DNA from: Candidatus Marinacidobacterales bacterium | GTDB lineage: Bacteria; Acidobacteriota; Vicinamibacteria; Marinacidobacterales; SMYC01 | Length of the DNA stretch: 64,000 bases | Direction of reading: 5' to 3' | NCBI GenBank assembly: GCA_965224085.1 | Contig: CBDCYI010000004.1 | Span: forward strand, 1,408,001 to 1,472,000 | Part shown: positions 1 through 10,598 of the stretch, one piece after another | How the letters are laid out: the number at the start of each line of letters is the position of its first letter | Numbering within the stretch: the stretch's first letter is position 1 | Made by a program: the position numbers and the translations under genes | Notes under the pieces: model-generated | Databases searched by the model: none | Told to the model about the DNA's origin: nothing | The model's input: the letters and a program-made list of their open reading frames with translations, nothing else

Positions 1-316
1 GCGCTTCGTTGAAACCCCGATATTCACGCGGGAGGTCACGGAGTTACTTTCGGACGAAGAGTACCGAGCTGTCCAGCTTGCCCTATTGTTTCGACCGGCG
101 CAGGGTCCACTCATCCCGAAGGGAGGCGGGCTTCGCAAGATACGCTGGAGAAAGACCGGATCTGGCAAGCGCGGCGGACTTCGCATGATCTACTTCTGGG
201 ATAAAGATTCGGATACGATTTACATGTTGTTTGTTTATCAGAAAAACGAGCCAGAAGATCTCACGCCAAACCAGCTCCGCGTCTTGAGGAAGTTGGTGAG
301 AGAGGAACTGAAGTGA
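1..316 (+). CDS. higB: HigB/RelE-family toxin (HigB-2 type); start codon straddles the window edge
   Basis: Frame 2 from base 2 reads RFVETPIFTREVTELLSDEEYRAVQLAL...GGLRKIRW...GKRGGLRMIYF...IYMLFVYQKNE, a typical HigB-2 pattern; 4-bp overlap with the downstream HTH gene. Confidence 0.9.
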   Translation, partial: RFVETPIFTREVTELLSDEEYRAVQLALLFRPAQGPLIPKGGGLRKIRWRKTGSGKRGGLRMIYFWDKDSDTIYMLFVYQKNEPEDLTPNQLRVLRKLVREELK

Positions 317-603
317 GAAAAAGGGACTTTGACAAGCTAGTCGCGAGCATCAAGCAGGCCGGCAAAATCAAACGAGGAAAGTCGAAAGCCTCGCGAACTT
401 TTGAGTTCAAACCGGCGGACATCAAAAGAATCCGAGAACGTCTTGAGGTTTCGCAATCGGAGTTCGCGTTAATGATCGGCGTCAGCATCTCTACTCTCCA
501 GAATTGGGAGCAAGGTCGGCGTCAGCCTGACGGCCCAGCGCGCGCATTACTGAAGGTCGCTGCGGAGAACCCGGAGGCCGTCGCCGAGGCTCTGAGCGCA
601 TGA
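313..603 (+). CDS. higA: HigA antitoxin (XRE HTH)
   Basis: 96 aa with SQSEFALMIGVSISTLQNWEQGRRQPDGPARALL HTH motif; toxin-first gene order. Confidence 0.9.
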   Translation: MRKRDFDKLVASIKQAGKIKRGKSKASRTFEFKPADIKRIRERLEVSQSEFALMIGVSISTLQNWEQGRRQPDGPARALLKVAAENPEAVAEALSA

Positions 604-622
604 TTCACTTGGCCGGGGAACC

Positions 623-720
623 GGATAACAATGCCTTGAAGCAGACGAGCCGAACCGTTGTGGTCCGTGCTAGCGCACGGCCCGGTTGCGTTCGCCTCGC
701 AGCTTAAGGCACCGTTATCA
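623..720 (+). mobile_element. Integron attC recombination site
   Basis: R'' GGATAAC, L'' GCCTTGAAGC, L' GCTTAAGGC, R' GTTATCA; one extra base in L'' and a second unpaired A in CAGACGAG/CTCGCAG; inner stems CGAAC/GTTCG and CCGTGC/GCACGG; begins 20 bp after the higA stop. Confidence 0.85.
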
Positions 721-901
721 GACATTTTGATTTGACTTACGTCGCAGGTTCCTAGAAGTTTCCGCTGCGCTGGTTTCGGGGCACCACACGGCCGACCAAA
801 TCCGATACCACCCGTACACAACGTCACATTCTGCTGTCAATGCACTTCGACTTCTGGCATTCTTGGGTCGATTCAGCTCACAAGGAGTCGGAGGAACGGT
901 C

Positions 902-1903
902 ATGGCCCAAAGCCGTAGAGATTTCTTGACGACCGCGGGTGTGGTGGGTGGCGCGGCAGTGGCTGGGAGCCTGACAGGCGTCCGCGGCATGCGGTCCCAG
1001 ACACCAGCCGATCAGGACGGGCACATGGTCCAGACCGCAGTGCTCGACATTGGCTATGAAGAACATGGTGACCGCGGAGGGTTCCCGATCATTCTGCTTC
1101 ACGGATTTCCCTACGATGTTCGGTCGTGGGACGGAGTGGTACCGCCCCTGGTCGACGGTGGATACCGGGTGCTTGTGCCGTATTTGCGCGGCTACGGTCC
1201 GACGCGTTTTCGGGATCTCGCTGTGCCGCGCATGGCGGAGCAGGCCTCGATCGCTCAGGACGTCGTGGACTTTGCCGATGCGCTCGGGCTTGAGCTGGTA
1301 GCGCTGGCCGGCTTCGATTGGGGAAACCGGGCGGCATGCATCACGGCCATCCTGCACCCCGAACGGGTGCGGGCGCAGGTGGCCATCGGCGGCTACTCGG
1401 TTCAGAACACCGTCACACCGGGGCGTCCAGCATCTGCCGTCGCCGAGGCGCGGCTTTGGTACCAGTGGTATTTCAACACCGAGCGCGGGCGCGCTGGGCT
1501 CGAGGCGAATCGACGCGACATCATACGGTACTTGTGGGATACCTGGTCGCCCGGCTGGAAGTACACCGACGAGGCGTTCGACCGCTCAGCGCCCTCGTTC
1601 GACAATCCGGACTTCGTCGATGTCGTCATCCATTCGTATCGGCACCGCCACGTGAACGCGCCCGGAGAGGAGCGTTTTCTGGAGGTTGAGCAACAGTTGG
1701 CGGAGCGGCCTCCGATCGGAGTTCCCGCGATCGTGCTCCGCGGCGCTGAGAGCGGCTTCGGCCGACCCACGCCTGACCCCTCGGGGGACGAGAGGAGGTT
1801 TCCTGCTCTCGTCGCGCGCCGCATCGTCGAGGGGGCGGGACACAACCTGCCGGCGCACCGGCCAGACGCGGTGTCTGCAGCGCTGCTGGAGCTCCTGGAC
1901 TGA
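902..1903 (+). CDS. Tat-exported alpha/beta hydrolase (epoxide hydrolase-like)
   Basis: SRRDFL twin-arginine signal, HGFP motif, GFDWG nucleophile elbow, GAGH catalytic His; GGAGG RBS upstream. Confidence 0.88.
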   Translation: MAQSRRDFLTTAGVVGGAAVAGSLTGVRGMRSQTPADQDGHMVQTAVLDIGYEEHGDRGGFPIILLHGFPYDVRSWDGVVPPLVDGGYRVLVPYLRGYGPTRFRDLAVPRMAEQASIAQDVVDFADALGLELVALAGFDWGNRAACITAILHPERVRAQVAIGGYSVQNTVTPGRPASAVAEARLWYQWYFNTERGRAGLEANRRDIIRYLWDTWSPGWKYTDEAFDRSAPSFDNPDFVDVVIHSYRHRHVNAPGEERFLEVEQQLAERPPIGVPAIVLRGAESGFGRPTPDPSGDERRFPALVARRIVEGAGHNLPAHRPDAVSAALLELLD

Positions 1904-1916
1904 CGGTTGTCGAGCG

Positions 1917-3298
1917 CTAGGCTTCGGCCGAGCGTTTGATGTGCATCAGCACCCGCCAGTGGATGCGGTGAAGGATCGGGTCCGAGAATAGCCGCCAGTC
2001 GCCAGCGGGCCATATATTGTGTCGATACCAGGTGGTCCCGGTGATGCGCGTGCCTCCGTCAGGCAGACGCGTGAGCCGAAACTCGCCTTGATTGGAGACG
2101 AAGAACCCCTGCAGATGCGGCGCGTGGATCTCGCGATAGGGACTCCACTCCTTCATGGGTGCCGGGTTCTCCCGCACTGAGAACCGCAGCAGGCGCGGCT
2201 CCTTCCAGACTTCGATCGGCTCGACAAAGGCACCGGTGGAGAACTCGCAATGTCGCACCGCGCCCACGCCGGTCCCTTGAATGCGAGCGCGCATCGGATA
2301 GGCGATGCCGGAGCGGAACAGCCAGTCGGCAGGCTCGGGCAGTTCCTGAAACGTCACAAGGTGTTTCCAGACTTGCTTGGGTGGGGCCGCGATCTCGATG
2401 GAGGTCTCGACTCGATAACGAGGCGCCGTTCGCGCGGCCCGCGACTCCGCCCCCATGAGCGCGGCATAGCGAGGATCAAGAGCAGGAGCACGGAAGGTGC
2501 GTCCTGCTGCGTGGGGCGCAGCTGTATCGCCCAGCCTACGAAGGCGCCGAGCCAGGCAACGGGATAAACGATGGGCGCCGCCATGAGTAGGCAGATGACG
2601 CCCTCCATTGCCAGCGCGAGCACGATGAGGCCGAGAAACGCCACCGCGAGAGAGGCCACGGCGAAGCATTCGCCATAGCGTCTCGGGCGGTGGTATCCGA
2701 AGAGGAGGGCTGCAAGCAAGCCAGTGACGAAGGGAAGCCCGACGAAGATGCCCCACCCGTACTCTATGAACACGAAAACGCCGAGGCCCATGCCGCCCAG
2801 GGCGAAGAGAACCGACGTGATGACCGCACCAGCCGCAGAGCCAAGCCCATCGCGGGGGATGATCGCGTCGAGAAATTTCCTCGCCGAACCTGGCTCGCGA
2901 GCCGTCTCTCGTGCTGGCCGGGAGGGAAGTACCGCGAGCAACAGAAAGAAGATCAGGTTCAGAAAAGGAAAAAATTAAAAGGCGACCAGTGCCCCGGGCA
3001 GTTGAGCGGCCCGAAGGCGCTTCATTGTGAGCAGAACGCCGACCCATATGAAGGGAAGCGAGACGACGAGCATGGTCAGCAGGAAATTGCGATCCGCGAC
3101 GGAGAGTGCCGACCAGGTGACGAGTTCGTCCGGTGGAACCCAGTAGTTGAAGATGGACCAGGGTCGGTCGAACACGAACGTCGCGATGAAACGGTCCAGA
3201 TTGTGCTTGAGCGCGAAGCCGAGGACTCCCACCAGCACGTACTGCCCTCGGTCGGTTGTTCCCTGCCAGGTCAGGAGACTACGGAGCGATAGTTTCAT
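1917..3298 (-). pseudogene. DUF805-like membrane protein with C-terminal SRPBCC/START domain, frameshifted twice
   Basis: Three consecutive frames: membrane N-terminus (2975-3298), TM segment with EGVICLLMAAP (to ~2460), SRPBCC part (VETSIEIAAPP...FRSGIAYP...HCEFSTGAFVEPI). Confidence 0.7.
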
Positions 3299-3330
3299 CT
3301 GTCCCTCCAGGTATTCTGCGGCCGACTATA

Positions 3331-3489
3331 ATGAGCGGCATTCGTGGAGCGCAACCTCCCGAGCTGATGCAGAATCCCGAGCGATCCTTTGCGTACGAAA
3401 GCTGGGCCAACCGACGTGTCCTCGAGCCGGTCAACACGGACTACATCACCTTCGTCCGCGATCCCGCCGGACAGCCGTGGAAGCCCTAA
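3331..3489 (+). pseudogene. DinB-family remnant with large internal deletion
   Basis: FAYESWANRRVLE (DinB N-terminal helix) joined directly to PVNTDYITFVR (DinB-like C-terminus); about 50 aa in total. Confidence 0.55.
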
Positions 3490-3559
3490 AGCTGCGCAGG
3501 CGGACGGCTCTGATATTACTATGCGGACCGGCAGAGTTTCCTGCCCAGACGAGGATCAC

Positions 3560-4481
3560 ATGACGCAATATCCCAGCGATCTCGTCGGCTATGGCGGCAA
3601 AGCCGCCGGATCCAAGGTGGCCGAACGGTGCTCGGCTCGCGCTCAACTTCGTCCTCAATATCGAAGAAGGCTCGGAATACTCGATCCCCGACGGCGATGG
3701 CTTCTCCGAGGCGTCCCTGACCGAAAGCCCAGTGTCCTCCGTGCCGCACGGTGAGCGCGACCTCGCCGCCGAGTCGATGTTCGAGTACGGAAGCCGCGTC
3801 GGCTTCTGGCGCGTTCTCGAGCTCTTCATGGTGCGCAAGCTTCCGGCGACGGCCTGTGCCTTGGCGCTCGAGCGCAATCCGCCCATGATCACAGCACTTC
3901 GGGACGCTGGGCTCGATCTGTGCTGTCACGGCTGGCGATGGGTAGAGCACTATCGGCTCAGCGAGGAGGACGAGCGCTAGCACATCCGCATGGCCGTAGA
4001 GTCTATCGAGCAGATGTTTGGCGCCGCCCCCCTTGGGCTGGTACTGCCGCAGCGGTCCCAGCGTGAACACGCGTCGCCTGCTCGTCGAACACGGCGGTTT
4101 TCTCTATGACTCCGATGCTTACAACGACGAGCTTCCCTACTGGGTGACGGTCGCGGACAAAGTCCATCTGGTCGTTCCCTACAGCCTTACGAGCAACGAT
4201 TCGAAATTTGACGCGGTGTCTTTGCAACGTCCAATGCCTACTTCGCCTTTCTCAAAGACACTCTCGACGTGCTCTACTCGGAAGGGGCGAGGCGGCCGAA
4301 GATGATGTCCGTCGGCCTTCACATGCGTCTCGTCGGTCACACGGCTCGAGCCGCCGGCTTGGCACGTTTTCTCGAGTACGTGGCCAACCTTCCCGATGTG
4401 TGGATCTGCCGTCGTGTCGACATCGCTCGACATTGGGTCGCGACGCACCCTTACGATTCAGACAGCGCATTCACTCTTTAG
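3560..4481 (+). pseudogene. puuE: Allantoinase PuuE / polysaccharide deacetylase family, disrupted
   Basis: MTQYPSDLVGYG / WPNGARLALNFVLNIEEG / ESMFEYGSRVGFWR / HGWRW / YDSDAYNDELPYW / KMMSVGLHMRLVG spread over several frames; TAG at 3978-3980. Confidence 0.85.
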
Positions 4482-4554
4482 GTGTATCCTTTAGCGCGTC
4501 GGAGGTTTCCATGCGATTCGAAGTTGCGTCGAAGCGACTCGAGAGCTCTGGCCC

Positions 4555-6147
4555 GTGAAGCTTGCGGGAGCCAAGACACTCTTGGCGCTTTCGGGGGTCC
4601 TGTTGCTCGCCTCGGGCCTCCGCATCGCGGGTCTCGACTACGGGCTTCCACACCAGCTGTCTCGTCCGGATGAAGAGCGCATCGTCGGAAGAGCGCAAAC
4701 GATCTTCGCCACCGGCGATTGGCACCCGGGAAGCTTCTACTACCCGAGCCTCGTGTTTTACGCGGACACCGCCGTTCTCTTCGGATACTACGCCGTCAAG
4801 AAATCGATGGGCGACTACGACCGGCCTTCTGATTTGCTCTTTGATATCGCCGTCACGCGGCCCGGGCTCCACTATTTGCTTGGCCGCTGGGTCGGCGCCG
4901 CGTCCGGTATCCTCACCGTGCTCGTGGTTTACGGACTCGCGCTTAGCGCCTATGGGCGCCCCGCTGTCGGACTTCTTGCCGCGGCTCTCCTCGCGACGTG
5001 CCACCTGCATGTCCGGGAGTCGCATTTCGCGACGGTGGATATCGTGATGACGCTCTTTATTACGGCGTCGCTGCTCTTCGCCGCGCGGGTGGCGACGAAA
5101 CCTTCACTCGGGAACTATGTGCTTGCCGGTCTCTTCGCGGGGTTTTCGGTATCGGCCAAATATAATGCCGGCCTCGTCGTGCTCGCTCTCGTGGCGGCCA
5201 GCTTTCATGCTCTATCGAGCCTCGACAAAAAGTCCATCGCGGGCCGCCTTTTCTTAGCCGGCTTCGTCGCGTTCCTCGCTTTCGCAATGACATCGCCTTA
5301 TGTCGTGCTCAGCTATCAGGGTTTTCTCGCCAACATGGACGGGCTCGGAACGTTTCTCTACGAACGGCAGGGTGGGCTCGCGCTTTGGGACCACTTGCGT
5401 ACGACGTTTCCAGCAGGTTTGGGATGGCCGTTATTCCTCGCCTCGACCGCCGGCGTTGCGCGGGCCTTCTGGCATCGCCGTCCCGCAGATTGGGTGCTGC
5501 TCGCATTCTTGATCCCGTGCTTCATTATCATCTCGGGGGTCCGCGTCACGTTCCCGCGCTACGGGTTGCCTCTCGTTCCTGTGCTCGTCGTGCTCGCCGC
5601 CGACACCGCGGTGAGCGTCGTCGACCGTTTCGCGGCCGATAAGCGCTGGGCATGGGTGCTCGTGCTCGTTCTTCTCGCGAGTCCTGGAGTCGCGCGCTCG
5701 ATCCACTACGACCGCATCGCGTCGCAGAAGGACACGCGTTTACTTGCGGCGGACTGGATCGCCGAAAACGTCGCCCCGCAGACGACGATTCTCGTGTGCA
5801 AGGGCTACGGCGCAGCTCACGTCAACGAGGATCGCCGGCGACCGCCGGCCTTCGTCGTCGAGGAAGTCGACTGTTCGGCGGGAATCGATGGCCGCGCAGC
5901 CGAAGGCCGTTACCTCGTTACACACGAGCACGATCAACTCACCGCGTTCTCCAGTCTCGACGAACGTTGGCGTGATTGGCTTAAGGAGAACGCCGCGCTT
6001 CAAATATCCTTCGATCCGTATCGACAGGATAGTGACGTCGCGCCCGTCTTCTATCCTTCCGATGCGTTCTACATTCCGTTCGATGGCTTCGCGGGTGTTC
6101 TGCGCGGCGGACCCCGCGTCGGGATCTGGAGGATTGGCGGGCGCTAG
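4555..6147 (+). CDS. GT-C fold glycosyltransferase (ArnT/PMT, GT39/GT83-like) membrane protein
   Basis: RPDE motif after TM1, SHFATVD, SAKYN, FPRYGLP, many TM helices. Confidence 0.8.
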   Translation: MKLAGAKTLLALSGVLLLASGLRIAGLDYGLPHQLSRPDEERIVGRAQTIFATGDWHPGSFYYPSLVFYADTAVLFGYYAVKKSMGDYDRPSDLLFDIAVTRPGLHYLLGRWVGAASGILTVLVVYGLALSAYGRPAVGLLAAALLATCHLHVRESHFATVDIVMTLFITASLLFAARVATKPSLGNYVLAGLFAGFSVSAKYNAGLVVLALVAASFHALSSLDKKSIAGRLFLAGFVAFLAFAMTSPYVVLSYQGFLANMDGLGTFLYERQGGLALWDHLRTTFPAGLGWPLFLASTAGVARAFWHRRPADWVLLAFLIPCFIIISGVRVTFPRYGLPLVPVLVVLAADTAVSVVDRFAADKRWAWVLVLVLLASPGVARSIHYDRIASQKDTRLLAADWIAENVAPQTTILVCKGYGAAHVNEDRRRPPAFVVEEVDCSAGIDGRAAEGRYLVTHEHDQLTAFSSLDERWRDWLKENAALQISFDPYRQDSDVAPVFYPSDAFYIPFDGFAGVLRGGPRVGIWRIGGR

Positions 6148-6153
6148 TGATCC

Positions 6154-7072
6154 TTATTGGGACGTCAAAACATACTGGACGAGAACACCTTCGACGAATT
6201 GAACGGATAGCTCCGCGGCGTCGAGCAAGTATTCGCATCGGGTGACGTCGAGACCCGCGGCTTGCTCTACAGTTCTCGTCTCGGGAAGGCCGAACAAAGC
6301 ATTCACCTCATCTTCGGTCATTCCTTTTCGCAGATCCAGCGGATTGGGCAAGCTTCGCATTGAGGAAGACGAAGACGAAGAGGATGCGGTCTCAGCGACC
6401 CGATGCGCCGCGAACCGGAACTCCACATAGTCGGCGAGCGCGCGCATCACGCTTTCAGGCGTCAGAGCATCGACGGGAACTCCCCCTTCGTACCACAGGT
6501 TGAAGCGCGATCCACCTTGCGCCCGTAGCGCCGGCTCGCTGGCCTTCGCCAAAAGCTTTGCTCGCTCAGCTTCAGCCTGAAGCCGCTCGCTCTCGTACCG
6601 TCGTCGCCGCCGCTCGTCTTCGAGATCGTCCTTCAGTCTCCTTTTCCGAGCTGGATCTGTCTCCCGGTCGTACTCGTCCTCGAGGCGCTTTTCCCGATTC
6701 GACTTAGGAACGTAGGTGCTGACATACGGCACATCGACGCCACGAGAGCCTCCTCCACCCCAGGTGGAACTCGATGTTCTTCTTCTTCACTTTGACCAAC
6801 GTCACCATGGCCGCGTCACCCCGGTAAAGAGCGACCCCATATTCTCTGAGCCGACCTCCGACTTTCGGGTAGTCCACGGGTTGCCCGGATTCGGGATGAA
6901 TATCGACGCCACTCTTGTCGCCGGGCATTTCCAACTTGACGACAACCCGCTTCCCTTCAAAGAAGCTTCTCAGTGCCGCTTCGCTTTGACCGCTCGCGGA
7001 CGAGTTCAAAGCGAGCAGAAAGGAGACTGAGATTAATATTGACGCGAAGAAACGAAAAGTCTCTGGTCTCAT
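6154..7072 (-). pseudogene. Exported hypothetical protein, frameshifted near 6750
   Basis: Signal-peptide ORF ending IEFHLG continues in another frame to GGSRFNLWY and a C-terminal LRKGMTEDEVNALFGLP (SmpA/OmlA-like) segment. Confidence 0.6.
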
Positions 7073-7176
7073 GGAGGCCTTCCTAGGCACCAAGCCTACA
7101 TGAGCCATTGTCCAGCTTCCAGTTACGCGGAGGGCATCAGAGCTGCGCGACGGATGGCGGGAGTTATATTATTGAG

Positions 7177-7425
7177 CGTGCGCGTTCCATCTCCTGAAGT
7201 ACGTATCTCACTCGTTGCCGCTATGTTGCTCCCTCTGTACGGAGCGGCTTGCGCGGCCGCTCCCGATTCGCGCGCCGAGAAAGTGGACGGGCTCTTTTCG
7301 GCCTGGGACACTCGCGAAACCCCGGCGCCGTCGTCGCCGTCATCAAAGAAGGTGAGTTTCTCTACCAGCGGGCCTACGGCATGGCGGATTTGGAACGCGA
7401 CGTTCCTCTGTCCACGCGATCGATT
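7177..7425 (+). pseudogene. Serine hydrolase / beta-lactamase-family N-terminal remnant
   Basis: KVDGLFSAWDTRE(T)PGAVVAVIKEGEFLYQRAYGMADLERDVPLSTRS with a frameshift, ending before the SxxK motif. Confidence 0.7.
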
Positions 7426-7506
7426 GGCGTGGCTCGCGCGCGAAGGCTCGCGGTGTTGCAGCTAGTCTCTGCCCGTAAAGATTCTCGAAGCAAGGAGAGT
7501 GGCGTT

Positions 7507-9099
7507 ATGAAACTTCGATCGCGGTTAGCCCGCACAGCATTGTCGTTCTTGCTGGCGTTCGGTATCGCCGGCGCACAGTCGAGCCCGTCAGGACAGTTCC
7601 AGCTCGAGGAGGCCACCATCGATGACGTTCACGCGGCCATGACGGCGGGTGCTTTGACGTGCCGCGAGCTCGTACAAGGATACTTGGACCGCATCGAAGC
7701 CTACGACAAGAAAAGTCCCTATTTGAACACCGTCCAGACGATCAACCCGCGCGCGCTCGACCTAGCCGACGAGCTGGACGCGAGCTTCGCGTCTTCAGGT
7801 TTCGTTGGCCCCCTCCACTGCATCCCGGTGCTCCTCAAGGATCAAGTCGAGACGAGTGATCTGCCGACGAGCTACGGTTCCGTGCTCTTCGAGGACTTCG
7901 TCCCGGAAAGAGACGCGACCATCGTCCTGAAGATGAAAAGCGCCGGAGCCATCATCCTAGCCAAGACCACTATGGGCGAGTTCGCTTCGCGCTATGTCGG
8001 TTCCGCTTTCGGCATGATCCGCAACGCCTACAACCCCGACCGGAATCCGAGCGGCTCCTCCGGCGGCACCGGTAGCGGCATTGCGGCCAACTTCGGCATG
8101 GTGGGCATCGGGGAAGACACGGGAGGCTCCATCCGAGGCCCGGCCGCCGTCAACAGCCTCGTCGGCTTGAGGCCGACCGTCCCGCTCGTGAGCCGTCACG
8201 GCATGATGCCGGCGACGCCGGCCACCGATACGTTGGGCCCGATGACGCGCACCGTAAGGGACGCGGCTGCACTTTTGGACGTCATCACAGGCTACGACGA
8301 GAACGACGCGCTGACGGCCTATGCTGTCGGACACGTTCCCGACTCGTACGCGAGCAGTCTTCGTGAGGACGGGCTGCGCGGGGCGCGCATCGGCGTCATT
8401 CGTGAGCCCATGGACGACAACACCGACCCCGAGACCGACGACTATAAGAAGGTTCGGGCAGTGATGGATGCCGCCATTTCCGATCTGCGCTCGTCGGGTG
8501 CCGAGGTCGTCGACCCCGTCGTGATCCCGGACATGGCATCGCTCTTCGAGAAACTGGAGAACAGCAACTTCGAGACCGAGCAGGCGATGAATGCCTATCT
8601 GGAAGAGCACACGAACGCCCCAGTAAAGACTCTTCAACAGATCCTTCTGTCGGGAAGAGTCACGCCGTGGCGAGCGAGTAGTCTGATCAAAGCGGTTGGG
8701 AGGACGACGAGCGACGCCGGCTACTTGCCAGTCTTGTTGGCCAAGGAAGAGCTGACGCTCGGCGTGATGAAGGTGATGGCGGATCACGAGCTCGACGCGC
8801 TCGTCTACGCGACATTCGATCACCAACCGAGCGTGATCGCCGCGGACGCTCTCACGAATCCTGAGACCGAAGACAAGTATGGTTTAGGCAGCAACCGGGC
8901 TCTGAGCCCCATGACGGGGTTTCCTGCGTTGACGGTGCCGGCCGGATTTACGACGGACGCGCTGCCGGTCGGCCTCGAGTTTTTGGGGCGGCCGTTTACC
9001 GAAGCGATGCTCTTGAACTTTGCCTACGCCTACGAGCAAGCGACGCGGCGTCGCAAGCCGCCGCCGCTCACGCCTCCCCTTGCAAGCGCGTCGCCGTAG
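7507..9099 (+). CDS. Amidase-signature family protein, exported
   Basis: Signal peptide, PVLLKD, GSSGG, GEDTGGSIRGPA; AAGGAG RBS before ATG 7507. Confidence 0.9.
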   Translation: MKLRSRLARTALSFLLAFGIAGAQSSPSGQFQLEEATIDDVHAAMTAGALTCRELVQGYLDRIEAYDKKSPYLNTVQTINPRALDLADELDASFASSGFVGPLHCIPVLLKDQVETSDLPTSYGSVLFEDFVPERDATIVLKMKSAGAIILAKTTMGEFASRYVGSAFGMIRNAYNPDRNPSGSSGGTGSGIAANFGMVGIGEDTGGSIRGPAAVNSLVGLRPTVPLVSRHGMMPATPATDTLGPMTRTVRDAAALLDVITGYDENDALTAYAVGHVPDSYASSLREDGLRGARIGVIREPMDDNTDPETDDYKKVRAVMDAAISDLRSSGAEVVDPVVIPDMASLFEKLENSNFETEQAMNAYLEEHTNAPVKTLQQILLSGRVTPWRASSLIKAVGRTTSDAGYLPVLLAKEELTLGVMKVMADHELDALVYATFDHQPSVIAADALTNPETEDKYGLGSNRALSPMTGFPALTVPAGFTTDALPVGLEFLGRPFTEAMLLNFAYAYEQATRRRKPPPLTPPLASASP

Positions 9100-9114
9100 C
9101 TCCTTCTTGATCTG

Positions 9115-10413
9115 TCAGTGTGTTGTGAGCATATCGACGGCGAAGCTCGCCAACCAGTGGGTTCCTGAATAGTCCGCTTCGTACATCGTTTCGAACCCTC
9201 GCTTTCCTTGCAGGCTAGCAAAGGATATGTAGGCCGCACGACGACGATCCCCCGGAGGCAGCGCTGCGGCGAGCCGCTTCAAAGCGGCAGCGCGCACGAA
9301 GGACAATCCGATGAGATGCGACTTGGCGCCGACGAGGCGTGTCGCGTCTTCCCGATCGCTGTCGACCACTTCCGTTTCCGCCGTGGGTCCTGAGCTCGCT
9401 GGGCTCGCCGGCTCACCTTCCGCCGGCTTTTCGATGTCCGCTTCCACTGGCAGCGCACGCGCTTCGATCACGACCGGCTCTCGCATCGGCGAGAAAGATT
9501 CGGAGTCCGGTGGTGGAAGAAAATCGTCGAGCCACGCGACGAAGGCCTCTTGTGGCAGGAGGCGGCCCATCAGCGCCGCTTCAGCGAGACAGGGCGAGAG
9601 AAAGTCCGAGCCCGACGGCTCGTAACCCACCGGGCAGTCGACGTCATCCTCGAAGAACTCACGGGCGCGGGTCGCAACGGCGGTCTTTAGATTCCCATCA
9701 CCGACGACATCAGCATATTCGAGCATATAGAGCAAAGCGAAGGCCGAATTGTTGTGCGTTCCCACACGAATCGGTCCGGGCATGTGCGACAGATATTCGA
9801 CACTCTTCTCGGCCAGGTGCGCGGCTACGGGCGACAGGTGTGTAGCCCATCGTTCCGCATCGTCATCACGAAAGCTTGCAAGCTCCACATAGAGCCTCAT
9901 CAACCATGCCCACCCATAGGGACGCTCGAATCCGGGTGAAGCCTCTTCCCTGAAAAAGCCGAGCTCTCCTTCGAGGCTTTTGGACGAAAGATGATGCTCG
10001 AGTTTCTCGCGGATGAGACCGCCGAGCGGAGCGTCGGGAAAGTCTTTGAGCACTCTCACCATCGCCCATGTGGAGTTCACGGCGGAATGCCAATCGCTAC
10101 AGCCATAGAAAGCGAGCGTGTCCTCGTAGCGTGGTTTCAAGCTACGGCTCGTCTCGTAGAGATAGGAGCGTCGCTGCGGCCGTTTGTGCGGTCGGTCGAT
10201 ACAAGAGAGGGGGAGCGCGACGAGTTGTTGCGCGATCTCTAGACTCCACTCCAGCTCGTTCGCCAGCTTGGCCATCTCGACAACGGGCGCGCCGTCGACC
10301 GTTCCGGCAATCGGCTCCGTCGGCTCGGGAACTGACGGGATCGGCTCGCAGCCCGTCAACGTGAGGTAGAAGAGGGGCGACAAGAGGAACAAGCAAAAAT
10401 AGCGCGTCCGCAT
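9115..10413 (-). CDS. DUF2891 family lipoprotein
   Basis: FYGCSDWHSAV, FERPYGWAW, EPSGSDFLSP, HLIGL, YSGTHWLASFA motifs; lipobox LTGC. Confidence 0.8.
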   Translation of the reverse strand: MRTRYFCLFLLSPLFYLTLTGCEPIPSVPEPTEPIAGTVDGAPVVEMAKLANELEWSLEIAQQLVALPLSCIDRPHKRPQRRSYLYETSRSLKPRYEDTLAFYGCSDWHSAVNSTWAMVRVLKDFPDAPLGGLIREKLEHHLSSKSLEGELGFFREEASPGFERPYGWAWLMRLYVELASFRDDDAERWATHLSPVAAHLAEKSVEYLSHMPGPIRVGTHNNSAFALLYMLEYADVVGDGNLKTAVATRAREFFEDDVDCPVGYEPSGSDFLSPCLAEAALMGRLLPQEAFVAWLDDFLPPPDSESFSPMREPVVIEARALPVEADIEKPAEGEPASPASSGPTAETEVVDSDREDATRLVGAKSHLIGLSFVRAAALKRLAAALPPGDRRRAAYISFASLQGKRGFETMYEADYSGTHWLASFAVDMLTTH

Positions 10414-10453
10414 CGGACGCTTCTAGCCTTCAAGGGCCTTTCGTGTCAACTAG

Positions 10454-10565
10454 GTGAGTCTCGTCAAAGACCCGGATGCCGTTGATCAAACGGCGTGTCG
10501 TCCTGCAGCACTTTCGCTGCAGCCAAGAGCTTTTCCTCACCGTAGATTTGACCGACGAGCGCGAT
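10454..10565 (-). repeat. Diverged copy of the 3' end of the amidase gene at 14042-14153
   Basis: Encodes IALVGQIYGEEKLLAAAKVLQDDTPFDQRHPGL* versus IALVGQIYGEEKLLTVAKALQDETPFHQRHPSL*; about 11 mismatches in ~102 bp by eye; same orientation. Confidence 0.9.
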
Positions 10566-10598
10566 CGCGGTGGGCGTTCGCTCGTGACGATCGAAGAG

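Noticed and set aside
6362-6386. Poly-Ser GAAGAC-type repeat as a contingency locus
   Set aside because: In-frame low-complexity linker with mixed codons.
7249-7506. N-terminal extension of the 616-aa amidase ORF as a beta-lactamase-amidase fusion
   Set aside because: The amidase has its own RBS, ATG (7507) and signal peptide; the upstream part is a frameshifted remnant that is in frame by chance.
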